From Minutocellus sp. GHC0000111 (Eukaryota): DNA of 64,000 nucleotides. Where the stretch lies: contig OZ361257.1 of the NCBI GenBank assembly GCA_977018835.1, forward strand, positions 3,906,001 to 3,970,000, in the 5' to 3' direction. Below the pieces are notes generated by a model, which saw only the letters and a program-made list of their open reading frames with translations, was not told the origin of the DNA and searched no databases. The position numbers were made by a program, and so were the translations under genes. The first letter of the stretch is position 1, and each line of letters starts with the position of its first letter. Below are positions 11,555-23,296 of the stretch, piece after piece.

Positions 11555-11846
11555 TGTGTGCGGTGACAAAAACGAAGGAAGAACGCGGCGTTCTCTGCTG
11601 TGCGATGACGAAAAGAAAGCTCGAAATGCCGGCGCATAAGAGGCAAGAAATGTGTAAGGTGGGAGTTGGCACAAAGTGTTGTCTCGAGGACGCCGATTTT
11701 TGCCCCTTCGCCCTAGGCCTAGGTACATGTAAAGTCAGTCAGCGTATCCACAAAAACTGCCCCACGCCACTCTCATTACTAGTACACAGCCGGTCCTTTG
11801 CCTCCTCTGCCTCCTAACCGGGATATGAAAACAGGAAACAAAGACG

Positions 11847-12746
11847 ATGCACTCCACCACCATGCCATCGGAATCATCGGCCCCCCTCCGTGAGATTGTA
11901 ATCGACAGAACGGCCGAGCTCACCGTCGAGAAAGATGCCAAAATGATGATTCCGCAGGACGTAGCACAAACGAATCCAAGTGCAAACGGTGATGGCAATG
12001 GCCTCGTCAAGAAAGATGCGGCCTCGAACAAGACAGACCATACCAAGCACACCAAAGCCGCCAACGGCAAGACGACGACAACCGACACGGTCGACGAAGA
12101 ACTATCGCTCAAGTTGAGAGAGCTGCTGAGTTTCAACAAACGAGGCAGCGTCGATACCAGCACAACCGTCGGTACCGGAAGTACGACCTCTAATAGGCTT
12201 ACCGCTCCCCAAGTGGGACGACGATTCAGCATCGATGCCAGCCACTTCGGACAGCACGACAACGAGCGGGAACAGGACGATGCGCTGTCGCCATACGCCA
12301 ACATCATGAGAAATCATCGCCAGCGCAGCGTCAGCCTTCGAAGTCTGACTGGCGATGCCGGCGTCTCCACCAACCTCCGCGAGCAGCTCCACACCAGCCG
12401 TAGCGCAAGCATGAGAAGTCTGGGTCGCCAGCCCTCCCCCCGCCGGCGTCATTCGATATGCTACTCCATCCCACCACCGTGCTCGGCCACCACCGTGAGC
12501 AGTGAACAATCCTTCTCCAACAGCACTGCCTTGTCTACACCACAAGCTCCCGATCGTCGCGCCTCCATGTCCTGCGTCGACGCCAGGAGCGTCAGCCTTT
12601 CCTCCATCATTACCGAATGCCATCCCCTGTCCGTGGGGATTGGCAATTTCTCTTCGGACGATGAGTCCAGTGACGACGATTCGAGTGTTGGGAGTAACCT
12701 CGTCGCTGTTGATAGATCTTTTGAAGTCGGCGCTTATGATGGGTGA
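11847..12746 (+). CDS. Ser/Arg-rich low-complexity protein of unknown function
   Basis: 299-aa ORF with many RRxS/RxxS sites and a C-terminal 'SLSSIITECHPLSVG' plus acidic tail. Confidence 0.65.
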   Translation: MHSTTMPSESSAPLREIVIDRTAELTVEKDAKMMIPQDVAQTNPSANGDGNGLVKKDAASNKTDHTKHTKAANGKTTTTDTVDEELSLKLRELLSFNKRGSVDTSTTVGTGSTTSNRLTAPQVGRRFSIDASHFGQHDNEREQDDALSPYANIMRNHRQRSVSLRSLTGDAGVSTNLREQLHTSRSASMRSLGRQPSPRRRHSICYSIPPPCSATTVSSEQSFSNSTALSTPQAPDRRASMSCVDARSVSLSSIITECHPLSVGIGNFSSDDESSDDDSSVGSNLVAVDRSFEVGAYDG

Positions 12747-13836
12747 TGCCGCTGCACACAATGGGGGCGAAGAACAAGTCGCTTCTTAGTAGAATTTGCA
12801 TATGTCTGCACACGCTAAGCATTTATTACGATCGTAGACAAATATTTTCTTTTTAAATATATATGTACATCATGCTTCGTTGCACCGCACTTTGCTTTGC
12901 ATGTGTGGTGCCAATCTTATCAGCCTTGTTTTTACCCTAATCAACGCGCTTTCGTTGCTGCGCATGAACAGATAAATTACGCAAAGATGTCTCGTGCTCA
13001 AGAAGCCCCTCGCCCGATGACGTTATGTGTATGGCTGTGGCTCTCTATTGCTCCATTGTTTTTTTTGGGTGCGTTCAGCGACAGTCTTCACACCATCGAA
13101 CTTGGCTCGTTGATGCTCAAGAAGAGTAATAACCTTCTCCTTGTACGTATCGAACGTCGATTGCTTGCCAAAGTTGGGATGTGTGCTGAGCTCAGAAGCG
13201 CAAACGCTTACACCCAACACCCGAGGATGGGGCCGCAGCAGGCGACCGAACATCACTTTCTTCGCTCCTCATCTTCTGATTATGTCGATCCTACAAACGT
13301 CTACGTAGAAAATCGTTGTGCATGTGCGGTAACTGGCACTCTAGCTATGTAGCTACAGATGATAGCAAGCATGTTTGACATGCTTGCTTGGGACCTAGCA
13401 TTTTAGCTGCTGACAAGCACAAGCAGACCTTAGCTTTAGCAGCACCATGCTTGCTTGCCGGCATTTTTTTCTAATGGCAGGCCTTCAGACGAAACAGTCA
13501 GGCCCTCAGTTACCTTTTTCTTTAAATGGGGCTGGGAACGCGGTGTCGTTGATCCCAGGACTTTGGCAGGGATGCTCTATCTTTCCAAGGAGAACTTTGA
13601 GAAGCTTCGTTGTGGTGAGGAAGAGGCTTCTCTGGAGAGGCCGGGTTGAACTCGCGGCGACCTCAGGTTTTGCCTTTTTTACATGCCGGTAAGCATTTTG
13701 AGACCTCTGCCCCATAATGGACATGCTCATCATCAGGGACGGACTGTAATTTACCACATGTAGATCTAGGATTCCTACCGGTGCTGGCCGCATTGTTTTA
13801 GAGCACATGGCGTAGGAGACCGTGTGTGGTGTTGTT

Positions 13837-13915
13837 GAGACGCGTCATGCTCGGAAAGTGAGACAGCGCGCCGCACAGGGCGGCCGTTTCGAGCGACGCG
13901 ATCCGTACGACGGTC
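13837..13915. repeat. Right arm of the inverted repeat (partner 11483-11554)
   Basis: Direct reverse-complement comparison. Confidence 0.9.
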
Positions 13916-14360
13916 AGGCCGATTTTTTCGTCGAAGGCGCGCCACCGCGCCACTTCACTCTTTCATAATGAATGACCTGCCGCCCACCAGGCAAATGACC
14001 TGCCGGTGGAATGGAGACGAAAGACCGGCCACATCAGCCAAAGCATGCGGGATGCCGTCCGTGCCGTATTCCGGCACCCGAAACATGCGGTACTAGTACC
14101 CCACACAAAATGCTCTGGGATTGCACTTTTTCGGAAACCCGGCCCAGCACAGGCGGCGGCGCGGAACCAGGCCCAGCACAGGCCTCAGATAAATACGCAT
14201 GCGCATTCCATTGGCCACGCAGTCATAGCATTGGTTACCGCTCCTCCATTGTTCCTCGACCGAGCCTTCCAGATACTACCGTGCCCGTACCATCCTGGTC
14301 CGGTGAAAGTCTGAGTTGAAGTGCATTTATTCGGACACAAGTTGTGAAGTTTCGGCCATC

Positions 14361-17300
14361 ATGAGGTCCGAGGGCGGTTCCATCGCGCGTCTGTTCCTCT
14401 TGTCGGCGGCACTTATTGGGGTGCCGTCGTCCTGTTCGGCCACGGCGGCCACCAAGCCCATGGCCAGAGCTGCAGCAGTAGCTGATACCAATGCCATCGC
14501 CAACGGCGTCTCGGTTTCTACTGACACCGATGCTACCGGAAGTCTGGACCTTGCAAGACAGCTCGGCAGCACCGTATGTCCGACCTGCGTCAACCTCGCC
14601 CGGTCCTGCGGCATCGGCCGCGACGAGCCCTGCCCGACCTCCCAGACCAACGCCCTTACCTCGGGGGGCATAACCTGGGATTCCAGCCGGGGCAACGACG
14701 GGGCCTCGACCACCGCCTTCCAGACTTCCGGGAACGGATATCGCGAGTGGACGGTCACCCTCGACCGAGCCAGCGTCATCGAGGACATCGTCGTGACGAA
14801 CTACGACTCGTCTCCCTACATGGAACGGCTCGACGGCGCCAAGCTCGACGTGCTGGACGGGGACGGCAACGTGGTGGCGAGCCGCACTCTCACCGGCGAC
14901 GGTGGGGAACAAGCCTACGTCTTTGCCGAAATCGACCAGCCCGTCGGCAAGACCGTCCGCATCAGCAAGACGGTGGGGGGGGGGGGTACAAAATCCTGCA
15001 CCTGTACGAGGTGGAGGTGTACGGGCCCGCCCCGCTGCCTACTAGGTCCAGCACCGTCAACCTCGCCCGGTCGTGCGGCGCCGACCTCACAGGAAGCTGC
15101 CCGACGTCCCAGACCAACACCGCCTCCCCCACCGACTTAGGCCGGACGTGGGAGTCCGGCCACGGCAACGACGGCATCAAGTCCCTCGAGTCCACCTTCA
15201 AAACCGACGGAGAGGGATATAGGGAGTGGACCGTCGCCTTCCAGCACGACTACAACCTCGTCGACGTCATCGTCTTGACCAACCTCGACAGTCCCTGGAG
15301 CGACAGCCTGGCCAACGCCAAGGTCGACGTCCTCGACGGTACCGGAACCATCGTGGCCACCCGGGTCCTCACCGGTGCGCCCGGCGAACAGACCTACGTG
15401 TTCGACGAGAAGCCCGTCGGCAAGTCCGTCCGCGTCCGCAAGATGGTCGTCGACAACAAACACCTGCACCTGATGGAGGTGGAGGTGCACGGCTTTGCCA
15501 TCTACGAGAAGCCCATTGCCGGGTACCAATCGCTGAGCACCGGCGGCTGCAGTGGCCGGAACGAGCTGGGCAGCACGTTCGGCGGGTCGATGCAGGACTG
15601 CGCCGATGCGTGCGACGCCGATTCCACCTGCGTTTCCTTCGAGTACAGCAAGACCGGGACCGAGTGCATGAGGTCCACCACCTGCAGCAGCCTGGACATG
15701 ACCCTCAACGACCCCAACGATCCCTTCTACTTCTATCTGAAATTGCCGCAGTTGGACGGGTACGGATCGGCTTCGAGCACCGGCGGCTGCAGTGGCCGGA
15801 ACGAGCTGGGCAGTACCACTGGCGGGACAGTGCAGGACTGTGCCGATGCGTGCGACGCCGAACCCACCTGCGTCTCCTTCGAGTACACCAAGGAGGGCAC
15901 GACCTGCCAGAGATCGACCACCTGCAACAGCCTCGACATGACCCTCAACAACGACCCTAACGATCTCTTTCTTTTCTACCTGAGGTTGGGACCGGATGGC
16001 AACCCCTACGTATACACCCCTCCTACTTCCGACGCCGACGGTACCACCGACGGTACCGCCTCTACTGGCGATGCCTCTTCTACGGGCTCCACCAATGACG
16101 GCACCGCTACCGCCGGCGATGATTCGTCTACGGGCTCAACCAACGACGGTGCCGTCTCCACCGGCGATGCTTCCACTGGCGATGCTTCTACTGGCGATGC
16201 TTCAACTACTGGCTCCACCGGCGATGCTTCCACTGGCGATGCTTCAACCACGACCTCAACCACCGCGGAAGCCGCCGAAGCCGTCAAGGCCTTTGCCGAG
16301 GCCACCGCTGCCTACAAGGAGGCAGAGCACAACCTTGAAGCCATGACGACCATGTGTGCCGACCTGACCGAAACCCATGAACATCATCTCGCCGAGTCGC
16401 AAAGATCCACCACAATGCATCAGCAGGCCGTCACCTACGAGGCCATGATGAATGAGGCGTACGATTTGGCCATGACCAAGGATTCCACTCCCGCAGAACG
16501 ATTCCGCCTCCGCATTGAGGCCGAAGAGATGCACAAGGAGTCGGTCGAGGCCATGGAAGATGCCAAGGCCATCATGGATTCCGCCGTCGCCGCCGAGGTA
16601 GATGCCAAGTCCAAGATGGACATGTGCTGCCACGAAACCGATACCAACTGCCCCTCCGGCGGAGAGGACTGCGTTGGTATGGCCACCATGAAGGAAGTCC
16701 AGGCCAAGTCTATCTACGAAGCCGCCCAGCGAGCAGTCGAGACCAACCCTCTGATTCCTTGAGATATCAACCCCGCGACCAAGGACTTTGTCTACCAGGA
16801 TGTCGACGGTGATCTGGTCCCCGACGCATTTGATGCCTGTCCGACCCTTGCCGGTCTTCGTCGTAACACCGCCAAGCGCACCAGTGCCGATTAGCCCGGT
16901 CCGCAGGACTTTTGTCCATCGGGGTGTCCAGAGGTTGATCAGAATAATGAGGTTGTGGACTCCGACGGAGATGGTATCAATGACTGCGAGGATCGCTGCC
17001 CCTTCAAGCCCGGTATCAGGTACAACCACAACTGGTCCTACGGCGTCGATCTGGCCACCCTACCTCGCGAGTTGGATTATAATGGCTGTCCAGACAAGGA
17101 CGAAGACGGTATTCCAGATGATTTTGATGGCTGTCCCACCCGGGCTGGCGGCAAGTGTTATTCGGGGTGCCCTGATAAGGGCATTGATGCATCTACCAAC
17201 CTTCCCTGGGACTTGGACATGGACGGTGTTTCAGATTGCGACGACCGATGCCCTGGCCACTACAACCTTGACGGGCCGAACGGTTGCGCCGATGCCGATA

Positions 17301-19775
17301 ACGATGGCACGCCCGATTACCGTGATTACTGGTGAGTTTGTCATATATATATTTCAATTGCTCGGCGCATCAACTGTTTATATCTTTCAATTTATGCCAC
17401 TTGATAATATCTCACAATCAATCGCTCTTTTCTTCCCCTTTCCAGTCTCATGAGTCCAGGTTATGCCTCCTTTTCCTTCGATCGGAAACTCGAGGATGAG
17501 CCATCCACCCCCAACGCCGGATACTGGGTACCGGGCAAGACCAAGCATCTCCATATTTTGGGCTGTCCTGACCGTGATGGTGACCTCGTGCCCGACCAGG
17601 CCGATTTCTGCATCTTCGGCAACCAGGATGCGGCCAACTACCCTGGCCTCAAGTTCGTTCCCGTAGTCGGCAAGAATGGCTGTCCACTCGATAGTGACCA
17701 AGACGGCGTGCATGACGGAATTGACCAATGCGACAATACAGTTCACAGCCCCAAGCCTGAGCACGATAGAGCCCATCGAGTGTACAAGCCAGAGGCAGAT
17801 GACTACATTCCCGACACTGGGGATTATCGCCTTGGTTGTCCAAAGGACTCGGATGGCGATGGGTTCCCAGATGGTACTGACCAGTGTCCTGACCAGGGCG
17901 GCTATGTTGATCGCGTTGGTTGCCCCGTCGATACGGACGGCGATGGTGTCGGTGACTGCTCGTCTAACGAACTACTTGACATTATCACCTGGCCTCTGAC
18001 GACCACGGCCTGCCATTCTCGAGATGCTGCCCCCGACGAATCCTGCTGCAACGTCGTCAAGGATATGTGCCCCAATACTCCCCGAGGAGCCAAGGCATAT
18101 TCCCAGGTCTTTGCTCATCCCACCCTTGGCGACATCGAGCCGGGATGTCCATTCGATTCGGACCTCGATGGAGTCTTTGACGGTATAGACAAGTGTCCAA
18201 AAACAACCCAGGTCGAATTGACCAAGGCCGCCAATGAGCCGCACAAGCTGAAAATCGACCAGGTCGGCTGTGCCCTGCTTGCCGCGAGAGTTTGGGAGAG
18301 CACCTTCGTGGGTCTGACCCCTGACACTCGACGTAGACTCCAGGCAGGCGATGGCTCGGATCTGGAGCTCGTCTTCTCCGTTGATGAGAGTCTTCCCCAG
18401 GTTCTAACTACTAATGGATACGACGTTCAGCAAGACATGGTTGCTCCGGAAGTGAAGGATGCTACTTGCCAGATGAGCATCAACGATGAGACGAAGGATG
18501 ACGAGCTCATCCCTACTACATCAAGTGTCAACGACATGGGCGATTATACTGGACTTATGCCCAATGAGCAAGTCCCTGTAAAGGTCGACCTCAGCCTGAG
18601 CGGTGGCAACATCGTTGGCAGTGACGTCTGGAGTTCTGAGCTACCCTATGATTCTGGAAGTGCAAGCTTTTGTGTCAGCGTTCCCGTCCTTGACGATACT
18701 GGAGGTAAGATCATCATTGATAAAAAGGTTCATTCAGCTACCTACAACCATCTCTTTCCCACTCATATTTATCTCACTTATTTTACAATGCATATATCCT
18801 GACGAATCACTTTCAGGACACGTTACCGAGAAGCAGATGAAGACCAATCTCGACTATGATATGAGCCAGGGTCTCGGAATGCTTGGCGAAGGCGATGTCA
18901 CTATCGAAGAGTACGAAACCATCATCACAACTACCAAGGTCATTGACATTTCGTATCCCATCAACGCCTGCCAGTGCACTAAGAACAATGAATGCGTGGA
19001 AGATTCCGACCTGGACGATTCCTTCCTTTCGCAGAGCAGCTCGCTCCGAATTTGTGTTCGCTTCGCCCCTCATGAAGAGAAGGAGGGTGCTTTGCCGCCC
19101 AATTACGTCAAGATGATGAACATCAAGAACTTCCAGTGCACTCAGAATGGAGTCACCTTCGCTGCCATTAGCAACTTCAAGCGCCAAGGCGATGGTGGCC
19201 AGCTCACTTCCGTCATGGTCATCGATGACGACCCCGAGGAAGGTTCGTACTATGGTGAGGACGATCGCATGATTACGGTGGATTCGCGACTTCCCTCCAC
19301 CTTCTTTGGCAAGGAGGAGCGCCCCGTCACCTGCGTTGGTACCATCGTTTACGAATACGCTGACGGCGAGATCATTGACCCCAATGGCAACGTCGTTGGA
19401 CGCCGTCGTATGCTCGCCGAGGCCTTCATCGCTCCCAGCGGCCGAACCAACAGCCAGCCTGGGTCCATTGAAATCACCGAGCCGCAGGGCAAGTTCACCG
19501 TTGACGTCATGCTTGCCAAGATCGGCGCGTCGGCATCTGGCCTTGGCGCCATCGTTGGATCGGTCGTTGCCTCCGTTGCAGTGGTCGCATCCGTTGCAGT
19601 TGTCGGTGTCAAGTATGGCTCTGCCATTACTGGCTCGTTCAGCGGCAAGCCCACTGCTACTCCTTCCGCCAATTTCCACGATGTCACTGGTGATACCGAG
19701 GCCTCGTGGTCAACTTCGTCCAACCAAGGGCCCTCGTCAAGTGATTTCAACGTCAGAGTCGGCATGGTCGCGTAA
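14361..19775 (+). CDS. Large type I membrane adhesin/lectin-like protein (~1700 aa reconstructed), interrupted; introns 17332-17445 and 18705-18816
   Basis: Signal peptide; two discoidin/fucolectin-like repeats ('VNLARSCG..CPTSQTN..W.S..GNDG..YREWTV..LHL.EVEV.G'); two PAN/apple repeats (15520-15985); STGDAS linker; helical region; more than 10 DxDxDGxxDxxDxCP repeats; RRRL motifs; TM 'IVGSVVASVAVVASVAVVGV'. Lesions: G12 at 14975-14986, TGA at 16760, TAG at 16892. Both introns preserve frame. Confidence 0.75.
16030..16262 (+). repeat. Coding minisatellite encoding STGDA(S) repeats
   Basis: Repeated TC(T/C)AC(T/C)GGCGATGC(T/C) units within the large gene. Confidence 0.8.
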
Positions 19776-19922
19776 ACGACGAATGAACGGCAAATTCCAA
19801 CAATCATATATGTTTCGTTCGCAATAGCGACTCAAATAATTCTGATTACTTAAAGCGAATTTCAAGAGAACATAGAGAAAGATACAGTAGTGCAGTAGCA
19901 AATCAAACCCAACATCACAAAT

Positions 19923-20783
19923 TTACTTGACCGTCGACAGCTTGTCGACAATCTTCTCCTCGATCCTCTTCCAGTACTGCAATTGCGCCGTCAACCGTCT
20001 TGCCTCCTCCATGTCTTTCCTGCCATCAAACGCCTCTCCTAACATCTTCACAACCTTCCCCATCCTCTCCTCATTCTGTCCCATCAACGTCCTCAAAATG
20101 GCGGCATCATCCGATGCCTCGTCAATCTCCTCCCGTATCTCCATGACCTCCATCAGTAGGGCCATGTCGACCAACTCCGAGCAATTCTCGGTAATGGTGG
20201 CATCGTTGAGTTCCAACAGATGCTCGGCGCGGGAATGCGGGTCGGACAGCACGTCGTAGGCGCGGGTGATCGACGACGACAGTTCGTGCAGCTCGTCCAT
20301 GCTTTTCGGTGAGTGGTCGGATGTGGACGACGGATCGTGGAGAGAATGGTACCGATCGGGATGGTACTGCGCCATGAGGCGTTTGTACGTGCTCTTGAGG
20401 GCTGCGGGGTCGATTTGGTAGGTTTGCTCGGGCAAGCCCAGCACTTGGAAGTAGTTGGTGGGTCCCGATGAAGATGAATTGCCAGCGGCTGGATTCATAG
20501 AATGTCCCTCGCAATCTTCAGGACATGGTTTGCCGCAATCGTCGTGGCAGGCTGCAGACGCAGCGGCAGTGGAGAAGGTCCTACGACGGTAATAAGCGGT
20601 GGCAGATGCTGCGTCAGATGCAGAGGCAAAACTGTCGTGTTGGTATTGAGAGACCGGCACGGCGACACGTCCTCGCGACCCGGCCAAATGCAAGGGGCCA
20701 ATCGGACTCCCAAAAGAAGTCGAAGTAGCCTTTGATTGCCGACGTACGGCGGCGGCAGCGGCCTGGGTTATCGAGCGGCGCAT
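19923..20783 (-). CDS. HSCB: Mitochondrial Fe-S cluster co-chaperone HscB/Jac1
   Basis: Arg/Ser-rich presequence; J-domain 'NYFQVLGL..LKSTYKRLMAQYHPDR'; 'RAYDVLSDPHSRAEHLL'; C-terminal 'LLMEVMEIREEI..LQYWKRI'. Confidence 0.92.
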   Translation of the reverse strand: MRRSITQAAAAAVRRQSKATSTSFGSPIGPLHLAGSRGRVAVPVSQYQHDSFASASDAASATAYYRRRTFSTAAASAACHDDCGKPCPEDCEGHSMNPAAGNSSSSGPTNYFQVLGLPEQTYQIDPAALKSTYKRLMAQYHPDRYHSLHDPSSTSDHSPKSMDELHELSSSITRAYDVLSDPHSRAEHLLELNDATITENCSELVDMALLMEVMEIREEIDEASDDAAILRTLMGQNEERMGKVVKMLGEAFDGRKDMEEARRLTAQLQYWKRIEEKIVDKLSTVK

Positions 20784-20961
20784 CTTCTCCTTCACTTGGA
20801 TGGAAAGAATGAGCTGAGGTGCATGCTATCGACGGACAGACCAGAGAATGAGATGGAAAGATGGAGTAGCATTTGCATTGACGAGCCACGTCTGGGCAAC
20901 CGAATCTCTGCCTGTACAACCAATCTATCCCAATAATTACTGAAGCGTATAATCAAGCAAC

Positions 20962-21766
20962 ATGTCCGCCGAAAAGAAGACAGTGGAAGTCGATGCCAAG
21001 GGCATTCCGCTCAAGAGCGTGTATCCCGAGAAGCCGAGCGTTCCTGGTGAGTGCATGGCTGGTGTGTGTGATGTGCATGCGATGTTGATGAGGGGTGCAT
21101 GGGCACTGCTGAGCACGAGTAGGATATGCCATTTGCCACCGATTCTCACGCGTTCTCTATTCCCATCTCGTCATTGTTGTCGCAGTCCTTTATACAATGT
21201 TCACCATCATCCCCGGCGCCATCGGCCTGGCCACCGCCTACGCCATCATCACCTACGCCTCGTCCACCGAGAGCCAGTCCGCCGCCGATGCCAAGCTGAG
21301 CCTCCTGGCCACGTACGACCTGGGCTGGTTGTACCTGGGCATCTTCCTCGTCAAGCTTCTCCAATTGCCCATCGGCATCATCCTCGGCGAAGCCCGCAAG
21401 GCCTCCAAGGTCAACGTCCCCGATCAGCACGTCTACAAGGTCATGGGCAGCGAGGGGAGCCAACTGGGATACGTCCTGATGGAGACCGAGGACGATCTGG
21501 GCAAGTTCAACCGCGCGCAGAGGGCGCTGCAGAACTACCACGAGCAGTTCCCCACCATGATGCTGCAGTACGTGGCCGCCAGCTTCGTTTGGCCGTTCGA
21601 GACCTTTGGTTGCATCGCGATTTGGTCCGTGTCGTGCGTGCTGAGTGCCAGCGGATATGTGGAGAGTGCCAACGGACGGATGAAGGGACGTCTGCCGGGA
21701 TACTTTGCCGCGGCTACCGTTCAGGGGTTGGTCCTGATTGCCGCGTACAAGGCCTTGGTGGCATAG
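20962..21766 (+). CDS. MAPEG-family membrane protein (microsomal GST3-like); intron 21047-21185
   Basis: 'ARKASKVNVPDQHVY..FNRAQRALQNYHEQFP', several TM helices and a frame-restoring GTGAGT..CAG intron. Confidence 0.8.
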
Positions 21767-22076
21767 ACCTCGCGGTTTGACTGAGAACATTTTTTCGTGA
21801 AGGGTGTTCGATTTTGATATTTTTTAATTAATTCAATGTTGCGAGCCAATGGTTATATCACGCATGGTGTGCGTAACCAAGAACCTGCAGATTATCACTG
21901 CTTTCTATCATGCCCAAGAAGAAATGGAAATAGATACGCGCACGTTCAATTGAGAATTCATATCCAAAAAAAGTAATATAGTTGCTTTAGCACTCTTCAG
22001 TAAACAAAGACGATCAATAATAAAATGAGTTTTAAATTCATGGTGAACCGAACCTAATGGAGACGTGTAGTTTTCG

Positions 22077-22978
22077 CCCTTATGATCCCAAACTCGATCA
22101 TAGAAGTATAGCGCTACCTTACGTATCACACTCAGAAGGTATACAAAGCTTGAGCGAAGGTTCTCGTCACTACTTGGGTTCCTACGGTGCCTACTATTGC
22201 TACCGAGGGCTTAAGACGCCAAAATCTAAGATTTTAGGTGGGCTGGCGACACATAAATCTCACCCTTATGACCCCAAACTCAAACATAGAAGCATAACGC
22301 TACCTCAGATGTCACCCACAGAAGGTATGCAAAGCTTGAGCGAAGAGTTCCTTTGCTACTTGGCCTCCAACGGTGACTATTATGCCTCCCGGGGGTCCGC
22401 GACGCCAGAATCTAAGATTCTGGGCGGGCTGTTGACATTTAAATCTTGCCCTTTCATGTACAAACTCGATTATAGTAGCACAGCGCTACCTTACGTATCA
22501 CCCAAACAAGGTATCTAAGGCTTGGGCGTAGGTTTCCTCTACTACTTGGCCTCCAACGGTGACTATTATGGCTCCCGGGGGGTGACGACACCAAAATCTG
22601 GGATTCTAGGGGGAATGGTAGCGCATAGATCTTGCCCTTTCAAGTACAAACTCGATTATAGTAGCACAGCGCTACCTTACGTATCACCCAAACAAGGTAT
22701 CTAAGGCTTGGGCGTAGGTTTCCTCTACTACTTGGCCTCCAACGGTGACTATTATGGCTCCCGGGGGGTGACGACACCAAAATCTGGGATTCTAGGGGGA
22801 ATGGTAGCGCAGATCTTGCCCTTTCAAGTACAAACTCGATTATAGTAGCACAGCGCTACCTTACGTATCACCCAAACAAGGTATCTAAGGCTTCGGCGTA
22901 GGTTTCCTCTACTGCTTGGCCTCCAACGGTGCCTATTATGGCTCCCGGGGGGTGACGACACCAAAATCTGGGATTCTT
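22077..22978. repeat. Tandem array of ~4.9 copies of a 186-bp unit
   Basis: Equivalent positions at 22077, 22263, 22449, 22635 and 22819, e.g. CAAACTCGATTATAGTAGCACAGCGCTACCTTACGTATCACCCAAACAAGGTATCTAAGGCTT recurring. Confidence 0.95.
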
Positions 22979-23296
22979 ATAAACGTTTACGTAGACTCTT
23001 TTTACACATGTAGATCTACCGGTACTGACGTAACTGTACTCGAAATTGAATAGAAATCTACAAATAAACATTACAGTTAGGGTCAAAACACCTACAGCTG
23101 TATTCAGATGCAGACCAGTAATCAGAGATCCATGAGGTACATGTAAGTGTGCAGTTCCTGAAGCATGCATCTCACTACATGTAGGATCCTACACGTGGAT
23201 CCGGTCTGTTCGCCGCGGTAGTAAAGCTTTGATTGTTTACCTTTGCACACCATCACCTACCTTCTACTAGCTAGCAGTGGCCAATTTGTAACGCAT

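Noticed and set aside
12897..13808. Short ORFs between the inverted-repeat arms as a transposase
   Set aside because: No DDE, zinc-finger or other recognisable motif; may be a decayed gene, but I cannot support a call.
16760..16762. Selenocysteine TGA
   Set aside because: No redox motif context, Trp fits better, a TAG follows 132 nt later, and I identified no SECIS.
22057..22978. Coding ORFs or a CRISPR array in the 186-bp repeat
   Set aside because: Units are contiguous with no unique spacers. The ORFs arise because 186 is divisible by 3 and are broken by TAA in later units.
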